Below are positions 36,901 through 51,020 of a stretch of DNA of 64,000 nucleotides, in pieces (the stretch's first letter is position 1; every line of letters starts with the position of its first letter). Source of the DNA: Squalus acanthias (taxonomy: Eukaryota); contig CM059431.1 in NCBI GenBank assembly GCA_030390025.1, positions 137,890,001-137,954,000 of the forward strand, given 5' to 3'. The notes beneath the pieces were generated by a model, which saw only the letters and a list, made by a program, of their open reading frames with translations, was not told where the DNA came from and searched no databases. A program made the translations under genes and the position numbers.

Positions 36901-39900
36901 TTTGGACCTCCACTGTTTGTAGCTTTGGACCTTCACTCTTTCTAGTTTTGGACCTCCACAGTTTCCAACTTTGGACCTTCACTGTTTCTAGCTTTGGACC
37001 TCCACAGGTTCCAACTTTGAAACTCCGCTCTTTCATGATTTGGACCTTCACTGTTTCTAGCTTTAGACCTCCACTGTTTCTAGCTTTGGACCTCCACTGT
37101 TTCTAGAATTGGATCTCAACTGTTTCTAGCTTTGGACCTTCACTGTTTCTAGCTTTGGAACTTCACTGTTTCTAGCTTTGGAACTTCACTGTTTCTAGCT
37201 TTGGATCTCCACTGTTTCTAGATTTGGACCTCCACTGTTTCTAGTTCTGGACCTTCATTATTTCTAGCTTTCGACCTCCACTGTTTCTAGCTTTGGACCT
37301 TCACTCTTTGTAGTTTTGGACGTCCACAGTTTCCAACTTTGAAGCTTCACTGTTTCTAGCTTTGGACCTACACAGTTTCCAACTTTGGACCTCCGCTATT
37401 TCTAGATTTGGACCTTCACTGTTTCTAGCTTTTGACCTTCACTGTTTCTAGCTTAGGACCAACACTGTTTCTAGCTTTCGACCTTCACTGTTTCAAGCTT
37501 TGGACATCCACTGTTTGTGGCATTGGACATCCTCTGTTTCTAGCTTTGGACCAACACTGTTTCTAGCTTTGGACCTTCACTGTTTCTAACTTTGGACCTT
37601 CACTGTTTCTAGCTTTGGACCTCCACTGCTTCTAGCTTTGGACCTCCACTGTTTCTAGCTTTGGACCTTCACTGTTTCTAGCTTTGGACGTCCACTGTTT
37701 CTAGAATTGGATCTCAACTGTTTCTAGCTTTGGACCTTCACTGTTTCTAGCTTTGGAACTTCACTGTTTCTAGGTTTGGATCTCCACTGTTTCTAGCTTT
37801 GGAACTTCGCTGTTTCTAGCTTTGGATCTCCACTGTTTCTAGCTTTGGACCTTCATTGTTTCTAGCTTTGGACCTCCACTGTTTCTAGCTTTGGACCTCC
37901 ACTGTTTCTAGCTTTGGACCTCCACAGGTTCCAACTTTGAAACTCCGCTCTTTCTAGATTTGGACCTTCACTGTTTCTAGCTTTGGACCTCCACTGTTTC
38001 TAGCTTTGGACCTCCACTGTTTCTAGAATTGGATCTCAACTGTTTCTAGCTTTGGACCTTCACTGTTTCTAGCTTTGGAACTTCACTGTTTCTAGCTTTG
38101 GAACTTCGCTGTTTCTAGCTTTGGATCTCCACTGTTTCTAGCTTTGGACCTTCATTGTTTCTAGCTTTGGATCTCCACTGTTTCTAGCTTTGGACCTCCA
38201 CTGTTTCTAGCATTGGATCTCAACTGTTTCAACTTTGGACCTTCACTGTTTCTAGCTTTGGACCTTCACTGTTTCTAACTTTGGACCTTCACTGTTTCTA
38301 GCTTTGGACCTCCACTGCTTCTAGCTTTGGACCTCCACAGTTTCTAGCTTTGGACCTCCACTGTTTCTAGCATTGGATCTCAACTGTTTCTAGCTTTGGA
38401 CCTTCACTGTTTCTAGCTTTGGAACTTCACTGTTTCTAGCTTTGGACATCCACTGTTTTTCGCATTGGACCTCCAATTATTCTAGCTTTGGACCAAAACT
38501 GTTTCTAGCTTTGGACCTTCACTGTTTCTAACTTTGGACCTTCACTGTTTCTAGCTTTGGACCTCCACTGCTTCTAGCTTTGGACCTCCACAGTTTCTAG
38601 CTTTGGACCTCCACTGTTTCTAGCATTGGATCTCAACTGTTTCTAGCTTTGGACCTTCACTGTTTCTAGCTTTGGAACTTCACTGTTTCTAGCTTTGGAT
38701 CTCCACTGTTTCTAGATTTGGACCTCCACTGTTTCTAGTTTTGGACCTTCATTGTTTCTAGCTTTCGACCTCCACTGTTTCTAGCTTTGGACCTTCACTC
38801 TTTGTAGTTTTGGACCTCCACAGTTTCCAACTTTGAAGCTTCACTGTTTCTAGCTTTGGACCTACACAGTTTCCAACTTTGGACCTCCGCTATTTCTAGA
38901 TTTGGACCTTCACTGTTTCTAGCTTTGGACCTTCACTGTTTCTAGCTTAGGACCAACACTGTTTCTAGCTTTCGACCTTCACTGTTTCAAGCTTTGGACA
39001 TCCACTGTTTGTGGCATTGGACATCCTCTGTTTCTTGCTTTGGACAAACACTGTTTCTAGCTTTGGACCTTCACTGTTTCTAACTTTGGACCTTCACTGT
39101 TTCTAGCTTTGGACCTCCACTGCTTCTAGCTTTGGACCTCCACTGTTTCTAGCTTTGGACCTTCACTGTTTCTAGCTTTGGACGTCCACTGTTTCTAGAA
39201 TTGGATCTCAACTGTTTCTAGCTTTGGACCTTCACTGTTTCTAGCTTTGGAACTTCACTGTTTCTAGGTTTGGATCTCCACTGTTTCTAGCTTTGGAACT
39301 TCGCTGTTTCTAGCTTTGGATCTCCACTGTTTCTAGCTTTGGACCTTCATTGTTTCTAGCTTTGGACCTCCACTGTTTCTAGCTTTGGACCTTCACTCTT
39401 TCTAGTTTTGGACCTCCACAGTTTCCAACTTTGAACCTTCACTGTTTCTGGCTTTGGACCTTCACTGTTTCTATCTTTGGACCAACATTGTTTCTAGCTA
39501 TCAACCTTCACTGTTTCTAGCTTTGGACCTACACTGTTTCTAACTTTGGACTAACATTGTTTCTAGCTTTGGACCTTCACAATTTCTAGATTTGTAATTT
39601 CCCTGTTTCTAACTTTGGACCTCCACTGTTTCTAGATTTGGACCTCCACTGTTTCTAACTTTGGACCTTCACTGTTTCTAGATATGGAACTTCACTATTT
39701 CTAGCTTTGGATCTCCACTCTTTCTAGCTTTGGACCTCCACTATTTCTAGCTTTGTACCTTCGCTGTTTCTAGCTTTGGCCCTTCACTCTCTCTAGCTGT
39801 GGACCTCCACTGTTTCTAGCTTTGGACCGTCACTGTCTCTAGCTTAGCATCTCCACGCTTTCTAGCTGTGGACCTCCACTGTTTCTAGCTTTGGAGCTCC

Positions 39901-42718
39901 ACTCTTGTTGGCATTGGAGCTCCACTGTTTCTAGCTTTGGAACTTCACTGTTTCTAGCTTTGGATCTCCACTGTTTCTAGCTTTGGACCTCCACTGTTTC
40001 TAGCTTTGGACCTTCGCTGTTTCTAGCTTTGGATCTCCACTGTTTCTAGCTTTGGACCTTCACGGTTTCTAGCTTTGGAGCTTCACTGTTTTTAGCTTTG
40101 GACCTTCACCGTTTCTAGATTTGGACCACCACTGTTTCTAGCTTTGGACCTTCATTGTTTCTAGCTTTAGACCTCCACTGTTTCTAGCTTTGGACCTTCA
40201 CTCTTTCTAGTGTTGGATCATAACAGTTTCCAACTTTGGACCTTCACTGTTTCTAGCTTTGGACCTCCACTGTTTCTAGCTTTGGACAACACTGTTTATA
40301 GCTTCGGACCTTCACTGTTTCTGGCTTTGTACCTTCACGTTTTCTAACTTTCGACCTTCAATGTTTCCAGCTTTGGACCTCCGCTGTTTCTAGCTTTGGA
40401 ACTCCACTGTTTCTAGCTTTGGACCTTCACTGTTTCTTGCTTTGTACTACCACTGTTTCTAGCTTTCGACCACCACTGTTTCTAGCTTTGGACCTTCACT
40501 GTTTCCAGCTTTGGACCTCCACTGTTTGTAGCTTTGGAGCTTCATTGTTTCCAGCTTTGGACATCCACAGTTTCTAGCTTTGGACCTCCACTGTTTCAAG
40601 CTTTAGATCAACACTGATTCTAGCTTTGGACCTTCACTGTTTCTAGCTTTGGACCTCCACTGTTTCTAGCTTTGGACCTTCACTGTTTCTAGCTTTGGAC
40701 CTCCATTGTTTCTAGCTTTTGACCTTCACTGTGTCTAGCTTTGGACCTCCACTGTTTCTCGCGTTAGACCTCCACTGTTTCGAGATTGCGAACTCCACTA
40801 TTTCTAGCTTTGTACCTCCACTCTTTCTAGGTTGGGAACTTCACTATTTCTAGCTTCGGACCTCCACTGTTTCTAGCTTTGGACCTTCACTGCTTCTAGC
40901 TTTGGACCTCCACCATTTCTAGATTTGAACATTTCACTGTTCCCAGCTTTGGACCTTCACTGTTTCTAGCTTTGGACCTCCATTGCTTCTAGCTTTGGAC
41001 CTCCACTTTGGAACTCTACTGTTTCAAGCTTTAGATCAACACTGATTCTAGCTTTGGACCTTCACTGTTTCTAGCTTTGGACCTCCACTGTTTCTAGCTT
41101 TGGACCTTCACTGTTTCTAGCTTTGGACCTTCACTGTTTCCAGCTTTGGATTTCCACTGTTTCTAGCTTTGGACCTCCACTGTTTCTTGCTTTTGACCTC
41201 CACTGTTTCTAGCTTTGGATCTTCACTGTTTCTAGCTTTGGACCTTCACTGTTTCTAGTTTTGGAACTTCACGGTTTCTAGCTTTGGAGCTTCACTGTTT
41301 TTAGCTTTGGACCTTCACCGTTTCTAGATTTGGACCACCACTGTTTCTAGCTTTGGACCTTCGTTGTTTCTAGCTTTAGACCTCCACTGTTTCGAGCTTT
41401 GGACCTTCACTCTTTCTAGTGTTGGATCATAACAGTTTCCAACTTTGGACCTTCACTGTTTCTAGCTTTGGACCTCCACTGTTTCTAGCTTTGGACAACA
41501 CTGTTTATAGCTTCGGACCTTCACTGTTTCTGGCTTTGTACCTTCACTTTTTCTAGCTTTCGACCTTCAATGTTTCCAGCTTTGGACCTCCGCTGTTTCT
41601 AGCTTTGGAACTCCACTGTTTCTAGCTTTGGACCTTCACTGTTTCTTGCTTTGGACTACCACTGTTTCTAGCTTTGGACCTCCACTGTTTCTAGCTTTGG
41701 ACCTTCACTGTTTCTAGCTTTGGACTACCACTGTTTCTAGGTTTCGACCACCACAGTTTCCAACTTTGGACCTTCACTGTTTCTAGCTTTGGACCTCCAC
41801 TGTTTCTAGCTTTGGACAACACTGTTTATAGCTTCGGACCTTCACTGTTTCTGGCTTTGTACCTTCACTTTTTCTAACTTTCGACCTTCAATGTTTCCAG
41901 CTTTGGACCTCCGCTGTTTCTAGCTTTGGAACTCCACTGTTTCTAGCTTTGGAGCTTCACTGTTTCCAGCTTTGGACATCCACAGTTTCTAGCTTTGGAC
42001 CTTCACTGTTTCTGGCTTTGGACCTTCACTTTTTCCAGCTTTGGACCTTCACTGTTTCTAGCTTTGGCCCTCCATTTCTTCTAGCTTTGGAACTCTACTG
42101 TTTCAAGCTTTAGATCAACACTGATTCTAGCTTTGGACCTTCACTGTTTCTAGCTTTGGACCTCCACTGTTTCGAGCTTTGGACCTTCACTGTTTCTAGC
42201 TTTGGACCTCCATTGTTTCTAGCTTTGGATCTTCACTGTGTCTAGCTTTGGACCTCCACTGTTTCTCGCGTTAGACCTCCACTGTTTCGAGATTGCGAAC
42301 TTCACTATTTCTAGCTTTGTACCTCCACTCTTTCTAGGTTGGGAACTTCACTATTTCTAGCTTCGGACCTCCACTGTTTCTAGCTTTGGACCTTCACTGC
42401 TTCTAGCTTTGGACCTCCACCATTTCTAGATTTGAACATTCACTGTTCCCAGCTTTGGACCTTCACTGTTTCTAGCTTTGGACCTCCATTGCTTCTAGCT
42501 TTGGACCTCTACTTTGGAACTCTACTGTTTCAAGCTTTAGATCAACACTGATTCTAGCTTTGGACCTTCACTGTTTCTAGCTTTGGACCTCCACTGTTTC
42601 TAGCTTTGGACCTTCACTGTTTCTAGCTTTGGACCTTCACTGTTTCCAGCTTTGGATTTCCGCTGTTTCTAGCTTTGGACCTCCACTGTTTCTTGCTTTT
42701 GACCTCCACTGTTTCTAG
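30979..42718 (+). repeat. 5,865-bp near-identical tandem duplication within the satellite
   Basis: Rare markers recur at offset 5865: CATG 31169/37034 and GATCATAACA 34351/40216. Junction is near 36844. Confidence 0.9.
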
Positions 42719-43209
42719 ATTTGGACCTCCACTGTTTCTAGCTTTGGGCCTTCATTGTTTCTAGATATGGAACTTCACTATTTCTAGCTTTGGATCTCCA
42801 CTCTTTCTAGCTTTGCACCTCCACTGATTCTAGCTTTGTACCTTCACTGTTTCTAGCTTTGGCCCTTCACTCTCTCTAGCTGTGGACCTCCACTGTTTCT
42901 AGCTTTGGACCGTCACTGTTTCTGGCTTTGGACCTTCACACTTTCTTGCTTTGGACCAACATTGTTTCTAGCTTTCAACCTTCAATGTTTCTAGCTTTGG
43001 ACCTACAGTGTTTCTAGCTTTGGACCAACACTGTTTCTAGTTTTGGAACTTCACAATTTCTAGATTTGTAATTTCACTGTTTCTAACTTTGGACCTCCAC
43101 TGTTTCTTGCTTTGGACCTCCACTGTTTCTAGATATGGAACTTCACTATTTCTAGCTTTGGAACTCCACTCTTTCTAGCTTTGGACCTCCACTGTTTCTA
43201 GCATTGTAC

Positions 43210-46200
43210 CTTCGCTGTTTCTAGCTTTGGCCCTTCACTCTCTCTAGCTGTGGACCTCCACTGTTTCTAGCATTGGACCGTCACTCTTTCTAGCTTAGGA
43301 TCTCCACGCTTTCTAGCTGTGGACCTCCACTGTTTCTAGCTTTGGAGCTCCACTCTTGTTGGCATTGGAGCTCCACTCTTTCTAGCTTTCGACTTTCACT
43401 GTCTCTAGCTTTGCTTCTCCACTGTTTTTTGCTTTCGACTCCACTGTTTCTAGCTTTGGAACTTCACTGTGTCTAGCTTTGGATCTCCACTGTTTCTAGC
43501 TTTGGACCTCCACTGTTTCTAGCTTTGGACCTTCGCTGTTTCTAGCTTTGGATCTCCACTGTTTCTAGCTTGGGACCTTCACTGTTCCTAGCTTTGGAAC
43601 TTCACTGTTTCTAGCTTTAGATCTTCACTGTTTTTAGCTTTGGACCTTCACCGTTTCTAGATTTGGACCTCCACTGTTTCTAGCTTTGGACCTTCATTGT
43701 TTCTAGCTTTGGACCTCCACTGTTTCTAGCTTTGGACCTTCACTCTTTCTAGTTTTGGACCTCCACAGCTTCCAACTTTGGACCTTCACTGTTTCTAGCT
43801 TTGGACCTACACAGTTTCCAACTTTGGACCTGCGCTATTTCTAGATTTGGACCTTCACTGTTTCTAGCTTTGGACCAACACTGTTTCTAGCTTTCGACCT
43901 TCACTGTTTCTAGCTTTGAACATTCACTGTTTATAGCTTTGGACATCCACTGTTTGTAGCATTGGACCTCCACTGTTTCTAAATTTGGACCAACACTGTT
44001 TCTAGCTTTGGCCCTTCACTCTCTCTAGCTGTGGACCTCCACTGTTTCTAGCATTGGACCGTCACTCTTTCTAGCTTAGGATCTCCACGCTTTCTAGCTG
44101 TGGACCTCCACTGTTTCTAGCTTTGGAGCTCCACTCTTGTTGGCATTGGAGCTCCACTCTTTCTAGCTTTGGACTTTCACTGTCTCTAGCTTTGCACCTC
44201 CACTGTTTCTTGCTTTCGACCTCCACTGTTTCTAGCTTTGGAACTTCACTGTGTCTAGCTTTGGATCTCCACTGTTTCTAGCTTTGGACCTCCACTGTTT
44301 CTAGCTTTGGACCTTCGCTGTTTCTAGCTTTGGATCTCCACTGTTTCTAGCTTGGGACCTTCACTGTTCCTAGCTTTGGAACTTCACTGTTTCTAGCTTT
44401 AGATCTTCACTGTTTTTAGCTTTGGACCTTCACCGTTTCTAGATTTGGACGTCCACTGTTTCTAGCTTTGGACCTTCATTGTTTCTAGCTTTGGACCTCC
44501 ACTGTTTCTAGCTTTGGACCTTCACTCTTTCTAGTTTTGGACCTCCACAGCTTCCAACTTTGGACCTTCACTGTTTCTAGCTTTGGACCTACACAGTTTC
44601 CAACTTTGGACCTGCGCTATTTCTAGATTTGGACCTTCACTGTTTCTAGCTTTGGACCAACACTGTTTCTAGCTTTCGACCTTCACTGTTTCTAGCTTTG
44701 AACATTCACTGTTTATAGCTTTGGACATCCACTGTTTGTAGCATTGGACCTCCACTGTTTCTAAATTTGGACCAACACTGTTTCTAGATTTGGACCTTCA
44801 CTGTTTCTAACTTTGGACCTCCACTCTTTCTAGCATTGGACCGTCACTCTTTCTAGCTTAGGATCTCCACGCTTTCTAGCTGTGGACCTCCACTGTTTCT
44901 AGCTTTGGAGCTCCACTCTTGTTGGCATTGGAGCTCCACTCTTTCTAGCTTTGGACTTTCACTGTCTCTAGCTTTGCTTCTCCACTGTTTCTTGCTTTCG
45001 ACCTCCACTGTTTCTAGCTTTGGAACTTCACTGTGTCTAGCTTTGGATCTCCACTGTTTCTAGCTTTGGACCTCCACTGTTTCTAGCTTTGGACCTTCGC
45101 TGTTTCTAGCTTTGGATCTCCACTGTTTCTAGCTTGGGACCTTCACTGTTCCTAGCTTTGGAACTTCACTGTTTCTAGCTTTAGATCTTCACTGTTTTTA
45201 GCTTTGGACCTTCACCGTTTCTAGATTTGGACCTCCACTGTTTCTAGCTTTGGACCTTCATTGTTTCTAGCTTTGGACCTCCACTGTTTCTAGCTTTGGA
45301 CCTTCACTCTTTCTAGTTTTGGACCTCCACAGCTTCCAACTTTGGACCTTCACTGTTTCTAGCTTTGGACCTACACAGTTTCCAACTTTGGACCTCCGCT
45401 ATTTCTAGATTTGGACCTTCACTGTTTCGAGCTTTGGACCAACACTGTTTCTAGCTTTCGACCTTCACTGTTTCTAGCTTTGAACATTCACTGTTTATAG
45501 CTTTGGACATCCACTGTTTGTAGCATTGGAGCTCCACTGTTTCTAAATTTGGACCAACACTGTTTCTAGCTTTGGCCCTTCACTCTCTCTACCTGTGGAC
45601 CTCCACTGTTTCTAGCATTGGACCGTCACTCTTTCTAGCTTAGGATCTCCACGCTTTCTAGCTGTGGACCTCCACTGTTTCTAGCTTTGGAGCTCCACTC
45701 TTGTTGGCATTGGAGCTCCACTCTTTCTAGCTTTGGACTTTCAATGTCTCTAGCTTTGCACCTCCACTGTTTCTTGCTTTCGACCTCCACTGTTTCTAGC
45801 TTTGGAACTTCACTGTGTCTAGCTTTGGATCTCCACTGTTTCTAGCTTTGGACCTCCACTGTTTCTAGCTTTGGACCTTCGCTGTTTCTAGCTTTGGATC
45901 TCCACTGTTTCTAGCTTGGGACCTTCACTGTTCCTAGCTTTGGAACTTCACTGTTTCTAGCTTTAGATCTTCACTGTTTTTAGCTTTGGACCTTCACCGT
46001 TTCTAGATTTGGACCTCCACTGTTTCTAGCTTTGGACCTTCATTGTTTCTAGCTTTGGACCTCCACTGTTTCTAGCTTTGGACCTTCACTCTTTCTAGTT
46101 TTGGACCTCCACAGCTTCCAACTTTGGACCTTCACTGTTTCTAGCTTTGGACCTACACAGTTTCCAACTTTGGACCTCCGCTATTTCTAGATTTGGACCT

Positions 46201-49200
46201 TCACTGTTTCGAGCTTTGGACCAACACTGTTTCTAGCTTTCGACCTTCACTGTTTCTAGCTTTGAACATTCACTGTTTATAGCTTTGGACATCCACTGTT
46301 TGTAGCATTGGACCTCCACTGTTTCTAAATTTGGACCAACACTGTTTCTAGATTTGGACCTTCACTGTTTCTAACTTTGGACCTCCACTGTTTCTAGCAT
46401 TGGACCGTCACTCTTTCTAGCTTAGGATCTCCACGCTTTCTAGCTGTGGACCTCCACTGTTTCTAGCTTTGGAGCTCCACTCTTGTTGGCATTGGAGCTC
46501 CACTCTTTCTAGCTTTGGACTTTCACTGTCTCTAGCTTTGCTTCTCCACTGTTTCTTGCTTTCGACCTCCACTGTTTCTAGCTTTGGAACTTCACTGTGT
46601 CTAGCTTTGGATCTCCACTGTTTCTAGCTTTGGACCTCCACTGTTTCTAGCTTTGGACCTTCGCTGTTTCTAGCTTTGGATCTCCACTGTTTCTAGCTTG
46701 GGACCTTCACTGTTCCTAGCTTTGGAACTTCACTGTTTCTAGCTTTAGATCTTCACTGTTTGTAGCTTTGGACCTTCACCGTTTCTAGATTTGGACCTCC
46801 ACTGTTTCTAGCTTTGGACCTTCATTGTTTCTAGCTTTGGACCTCCACTGTTTCTAGCTTTGGACCTTCACTCTTTCTAGTTTTGGACCTCCACAGCTTC
46901 CAACTTTGGACCTTCACTGTTTCTAGCTTTGGACCTACACAGTTTCCAACTTTGGACCTCCGCTATTTCTAGATTTGGACCTTCACTGTTTCTAGCTTTG
47001 GACCAACACTGTTTCTAGCTTTCGACCTTCACTGTTTCTAGCTTTGAACATTCACTGTTTATAGCTTTGGACATCCACTGTTTGTAGCATTGGACCTCCA
47101 CTGTTTCTAAATTTGGACCAACACTGTTTCTAGATTTGGACCTTCACTGTTTCTAACTTTGGACCTCCACTGTTTCTAGCATTGGACCGTCACTCTTTCT
47201 AGCTTAGGATCTCCACGCTTTCTAGCTGTGGACCTCCACTGTTTCTAGCTTTGGAGCTCCACTCTTGTTGGCATTGGAGCTCCACTCTTTCTAGCTTTGG
47301 ACTTTCACTGTCTCTAGCTTTGCTTCTCCACTGTTTCTTGCTTTCGACCTCCACTGTTTCTAGCTTTGGAACTTCACTGTGTCTAGCTTTGGATCTCCAC
47401 TGTTTCTAGCTTTGGACCTCCACTGTTTCTAGCTTTGGACCTTCGCTGTTTCTAGCTTTGGATCTCCACTGTTTCTAGCTTGGGACCTTCACTGTTCCTA
47501 GCTTTGGAACTTCACTGTTTCTAGCTTTAGATCTTCACTGTTTTTAGCTTTGGACCTTCACCGTTTCTAGATTTGGACCTCCACTGTTTCTAGCTTTGGA
47601 CCTTCATTGTTTCTAGCTTTGGACCTCCACTGTTTCTAGCTTTGGACCTTCACTCTTTCTAGTTTTGGACCTCCACAGCTTCCAACTTTGGACCTTCACT
47701 GTTTCTAGCTTTGGACCTACACAGTTTCCAACTTTGGACCTCCGCTATTTCTAGATTTGGACCTTCACTGTTTCGAGCTTTGGACCAACACTGTTTCTAG
47801 CTTTCGACCTTCACTGTTTCTAGCTTTGAACATTCACTGTTTATAGCTTTGGACATCCACTGTTTGTAGCATTGGACCTCCACTGTTTCTAAATTTGGAC
47901 CAACACTGTTTCTAGCTTTGGCCCTTCACTCTCTCTACCTGTGGACCTCCACTGTTTCTAGCATTGGACCGTCACTCTTTCTAGCTTAGGATCTCCACGC
48001 TTTCTAGCTGTGGACCTCCACTGTTTCTAGCTTTGGAGCTCCACTCTTGTTGGCATTGGAGCTCCACTCTTTCTAGCTTTGGACTTTCACTGTCTCTAGC
48101 TTTGCACCTCCACTGTTTCTTGCTTTCGACCTCCACTGTTTCTAGCTTTGGAACTTCACTGTGTCTAGCTTTGGATCTCCACTGTTTCTAGCTTTGGACC
48201 TCCACTGTTTCTAGCTTTGGACCTTCGCTGTTTCTAGCTTTGGATCTCCACTGTTTCTAGCTTGGGACCTTCACTGTTCCTAGCTTTGGAACTTCACTGT
48301 TTCTAGCTTTAGATCTTCACTGTTTTTAGCTTTGGACCTTCACCGTTTCTAGATTTGGACCTCCACTGTTTCTAGCTTTGGACCTTCATTGTTTCTAGCT
48401 TTGGACCTCCACTGTTTCTAGCTTTGGACCTTCACTCTTTCTAGTTTTGGACCTCCACAGCTTCCAACTTTGGACCTTCACTGTTTCTAGCTTTGGACCT
48501 ACACAGTTTCCAACTTTGGAACTCCGCTATTTCTAGATTTGGACCTTCACTGTTTCTAGCTTTGGACCAACACTGTTTCTAGCTTTCGACCTTCACTGTT
48601 TCTAGCTTTGAACATTCACTGTTTATAGCTTTGGACATCCACTGTTTGTAGCATTGGACCTCCACTGTTTCTAAATTTGGACCAACACTGTTTCTAGCTT
48701 TGGCCCTTCACTCTCTCTACCTGTGGACCTCCACTGTTTCTAGCATTGGACCGTCACTCTTTCTAGCTTAGGATCTCCACGCTTTCTAGCTGTGGACCTC
48801 CACTGTTTCTAGCTTTGGAGCTCCACTCTTGTTGGCATTGGAGCTCCACTCTTTCTAGCTTTGGACTTTCACTGTCTCTAGCTTTGCACCTCCACTGTTT
48901 CTTGCTTTCGACCTCCACTGTTTCTAGCTTTGGAACTTCACTGTGTCTAGCTTTGGATCTCCACTGTTTCTAGCTTTGGACCTCCACTGTTTCTAGCTTT
49001 GGACCTTCGCTGTTTCTAGCTTTGGATCTCCACTGTTTCTAGCTTGGGACCTTCACTGTTCCTAGCTTTGGAACTTCACTGTTTCTAGCTTTAGATCTTC
49101 ACTGTTTTTAGCTTTGGACCTTCACCGTTTCTAGATTTGGACCTCCACTGTTTCTAGCTTTGGACCTTCATTGTTTCTAGCTTTGGACCTCCACTGTTTC

Positions 49201-51020
49201 TAGCTTTGGACCTTCACTCTTTCTAGTTTTGGACCTCCACAGCTTCCAACTTTGGACCTTCACTGTTTCTAGCTTTGGACCTACACAGTTTCCAACTTTG
49301 GAACTCCGCTATTTCTAGATTTGGACCTTCACTGTTTCTAGCTTTGGACCAACACTGTTTCTAGCTTTCGACCTTCACTGTTTCTAGCTTTGAACATTCA
49401 CTGTTTATAGCTTTGGACATCCACTGTTTCTAAATTTGGACCAACACTGTTTCTAGATTTGGACCTTCACTGTTTCTAACTTTGGACCTCCACTGTTTCT
49501 AGCATTGGACCGTCACTCTTTCTAGCTTAGGATCTCCACGCTTTCTAGCTGTGGACCTCCACTGTTTCTAGCTTTGGAGCTCCACTCTTGTTGGCATTGG
49601 AGCTCCACTCTTTCTAGCTTTGGACTTTCACTGTCTCTAGCTTTGCTTCTCCACTGTTTCTTGCTTTCGACCTCCACTGTTTCTAGCTTTGGAACTTCAC
49701 TGTGTCTAGCTTTGGATCTCCACTGTTTCTAGCTTTGGACCTCCACTGTTTCTAGCTTTGGACCTTCGCTGTTTCTAGCTTTGGATCTCCACTGTTTCTA
49801 GCTTGGGACCTTCACTGTTCCTAGCTTTGGAACTTAACTGTTTCTAGCTTTAGATCTTCACTGTTTTTAGCTTTGGACCTTCACCGTTTCTAGATTTGGA
49901 CCTCCACTGTTTCTAGCTTTGGACCTTCATTGTTTCTAGCTTTGGACCTCCACTGTTTCTAGCTTTGGACCTTCACTCTTTCTAGTTTTGGACCTCCACA
50001 GCTTCCAACTTTGGACCTTCACTGTTTCTAGCTTTGGACCTACACAGTTTCCAACTTTGGACCTCCGCTATTTCTAGATTTGGACCTTCACTGTTTCTAG
50101 CTTTGGACCAACACTGTTTCTAGCTTTCGACCTTCACTGTTTCTAGCTTTGAACATTCACTGTTTATAGCTTTGGACATCCACTGTTTGTAGCATTGGAC
50201 CTCCACTGTTTCTAAATTTGGACCAACACTGTTTCTAGCTTTGGCCCTTCACTCTCTCTACCTGTGGACCTCCACTTTTTCTAGCATTGGACCGTCACTC
50301 TTTCTAGCTTAGGATCTCCACGCTTTCTAGCTGTGGACCTCCACTGTTTCTAGCTTTGGAGCTCCACTCTTGTTGGCATTGGAGCTCCACTCTTTCTAGC
50401 TTTGGAATTTCACTGTCTCTAGCTTTGCACCTCCACTGTTTCTTGCTTTCGACCTCCACTGTTTCTAGCTTTGGAACTTCACTGTGTCTAGCTTTGGATC
50501 TCCACTGTTTCTAGCTTTGGACCTCCACTGTTTCTAGCTTTGGACCTTCGCTGTTTCTAGCTTTGGATCTCCACTGTTTCTAGCTTGGGACCTTCACTGT
50601 TCCTAGCTTTGGAACTTCACTGTTTCTAGCTTTAGATCTTCACTGTTTTTAGCTTTGGACCTTCACCGTTTCTAGATTTGGACCTCCACTGTTTCTAGCT
50701 TTGGACCTTCATTGTTTCTAGCTTTGGACCTCCACTGTTTCTAGCTTTGGACCTTCACTCTTTCTAGTTTTGGACCTCCACAGCTTCCAACTTTGGACCT
50801 TCACTGTTTCTAGCTTTGGACCTACACAGTTTCCAACTTTGGACCTCCGCTATTTCTAGATTTGGACCTTCACTGTTTCTAGCTTTGGACCAACACTGTT
50901 TCTAGCTTTCGACCTTCACTGTTTCTAGCTTTGAACATTCACTGTTTATAGCTTTGGACATCCACTGTTTGTAGCATTGGACCTCCACTGTTTCTAAATT
51001 TGGACCAACACTGTTTCTAG
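43210..51020 (+). repeat. Higher-order repeat: 34 monomers (782 bp) x ~10
   Basis: Marker GGCATTGGAG at 43361, 44142, 44924, 45706, 46488, 47270, 48052, 48834, 49593 and 50375. Spacings are 781, six of 782, 759, 782. Confidence 0.93.
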
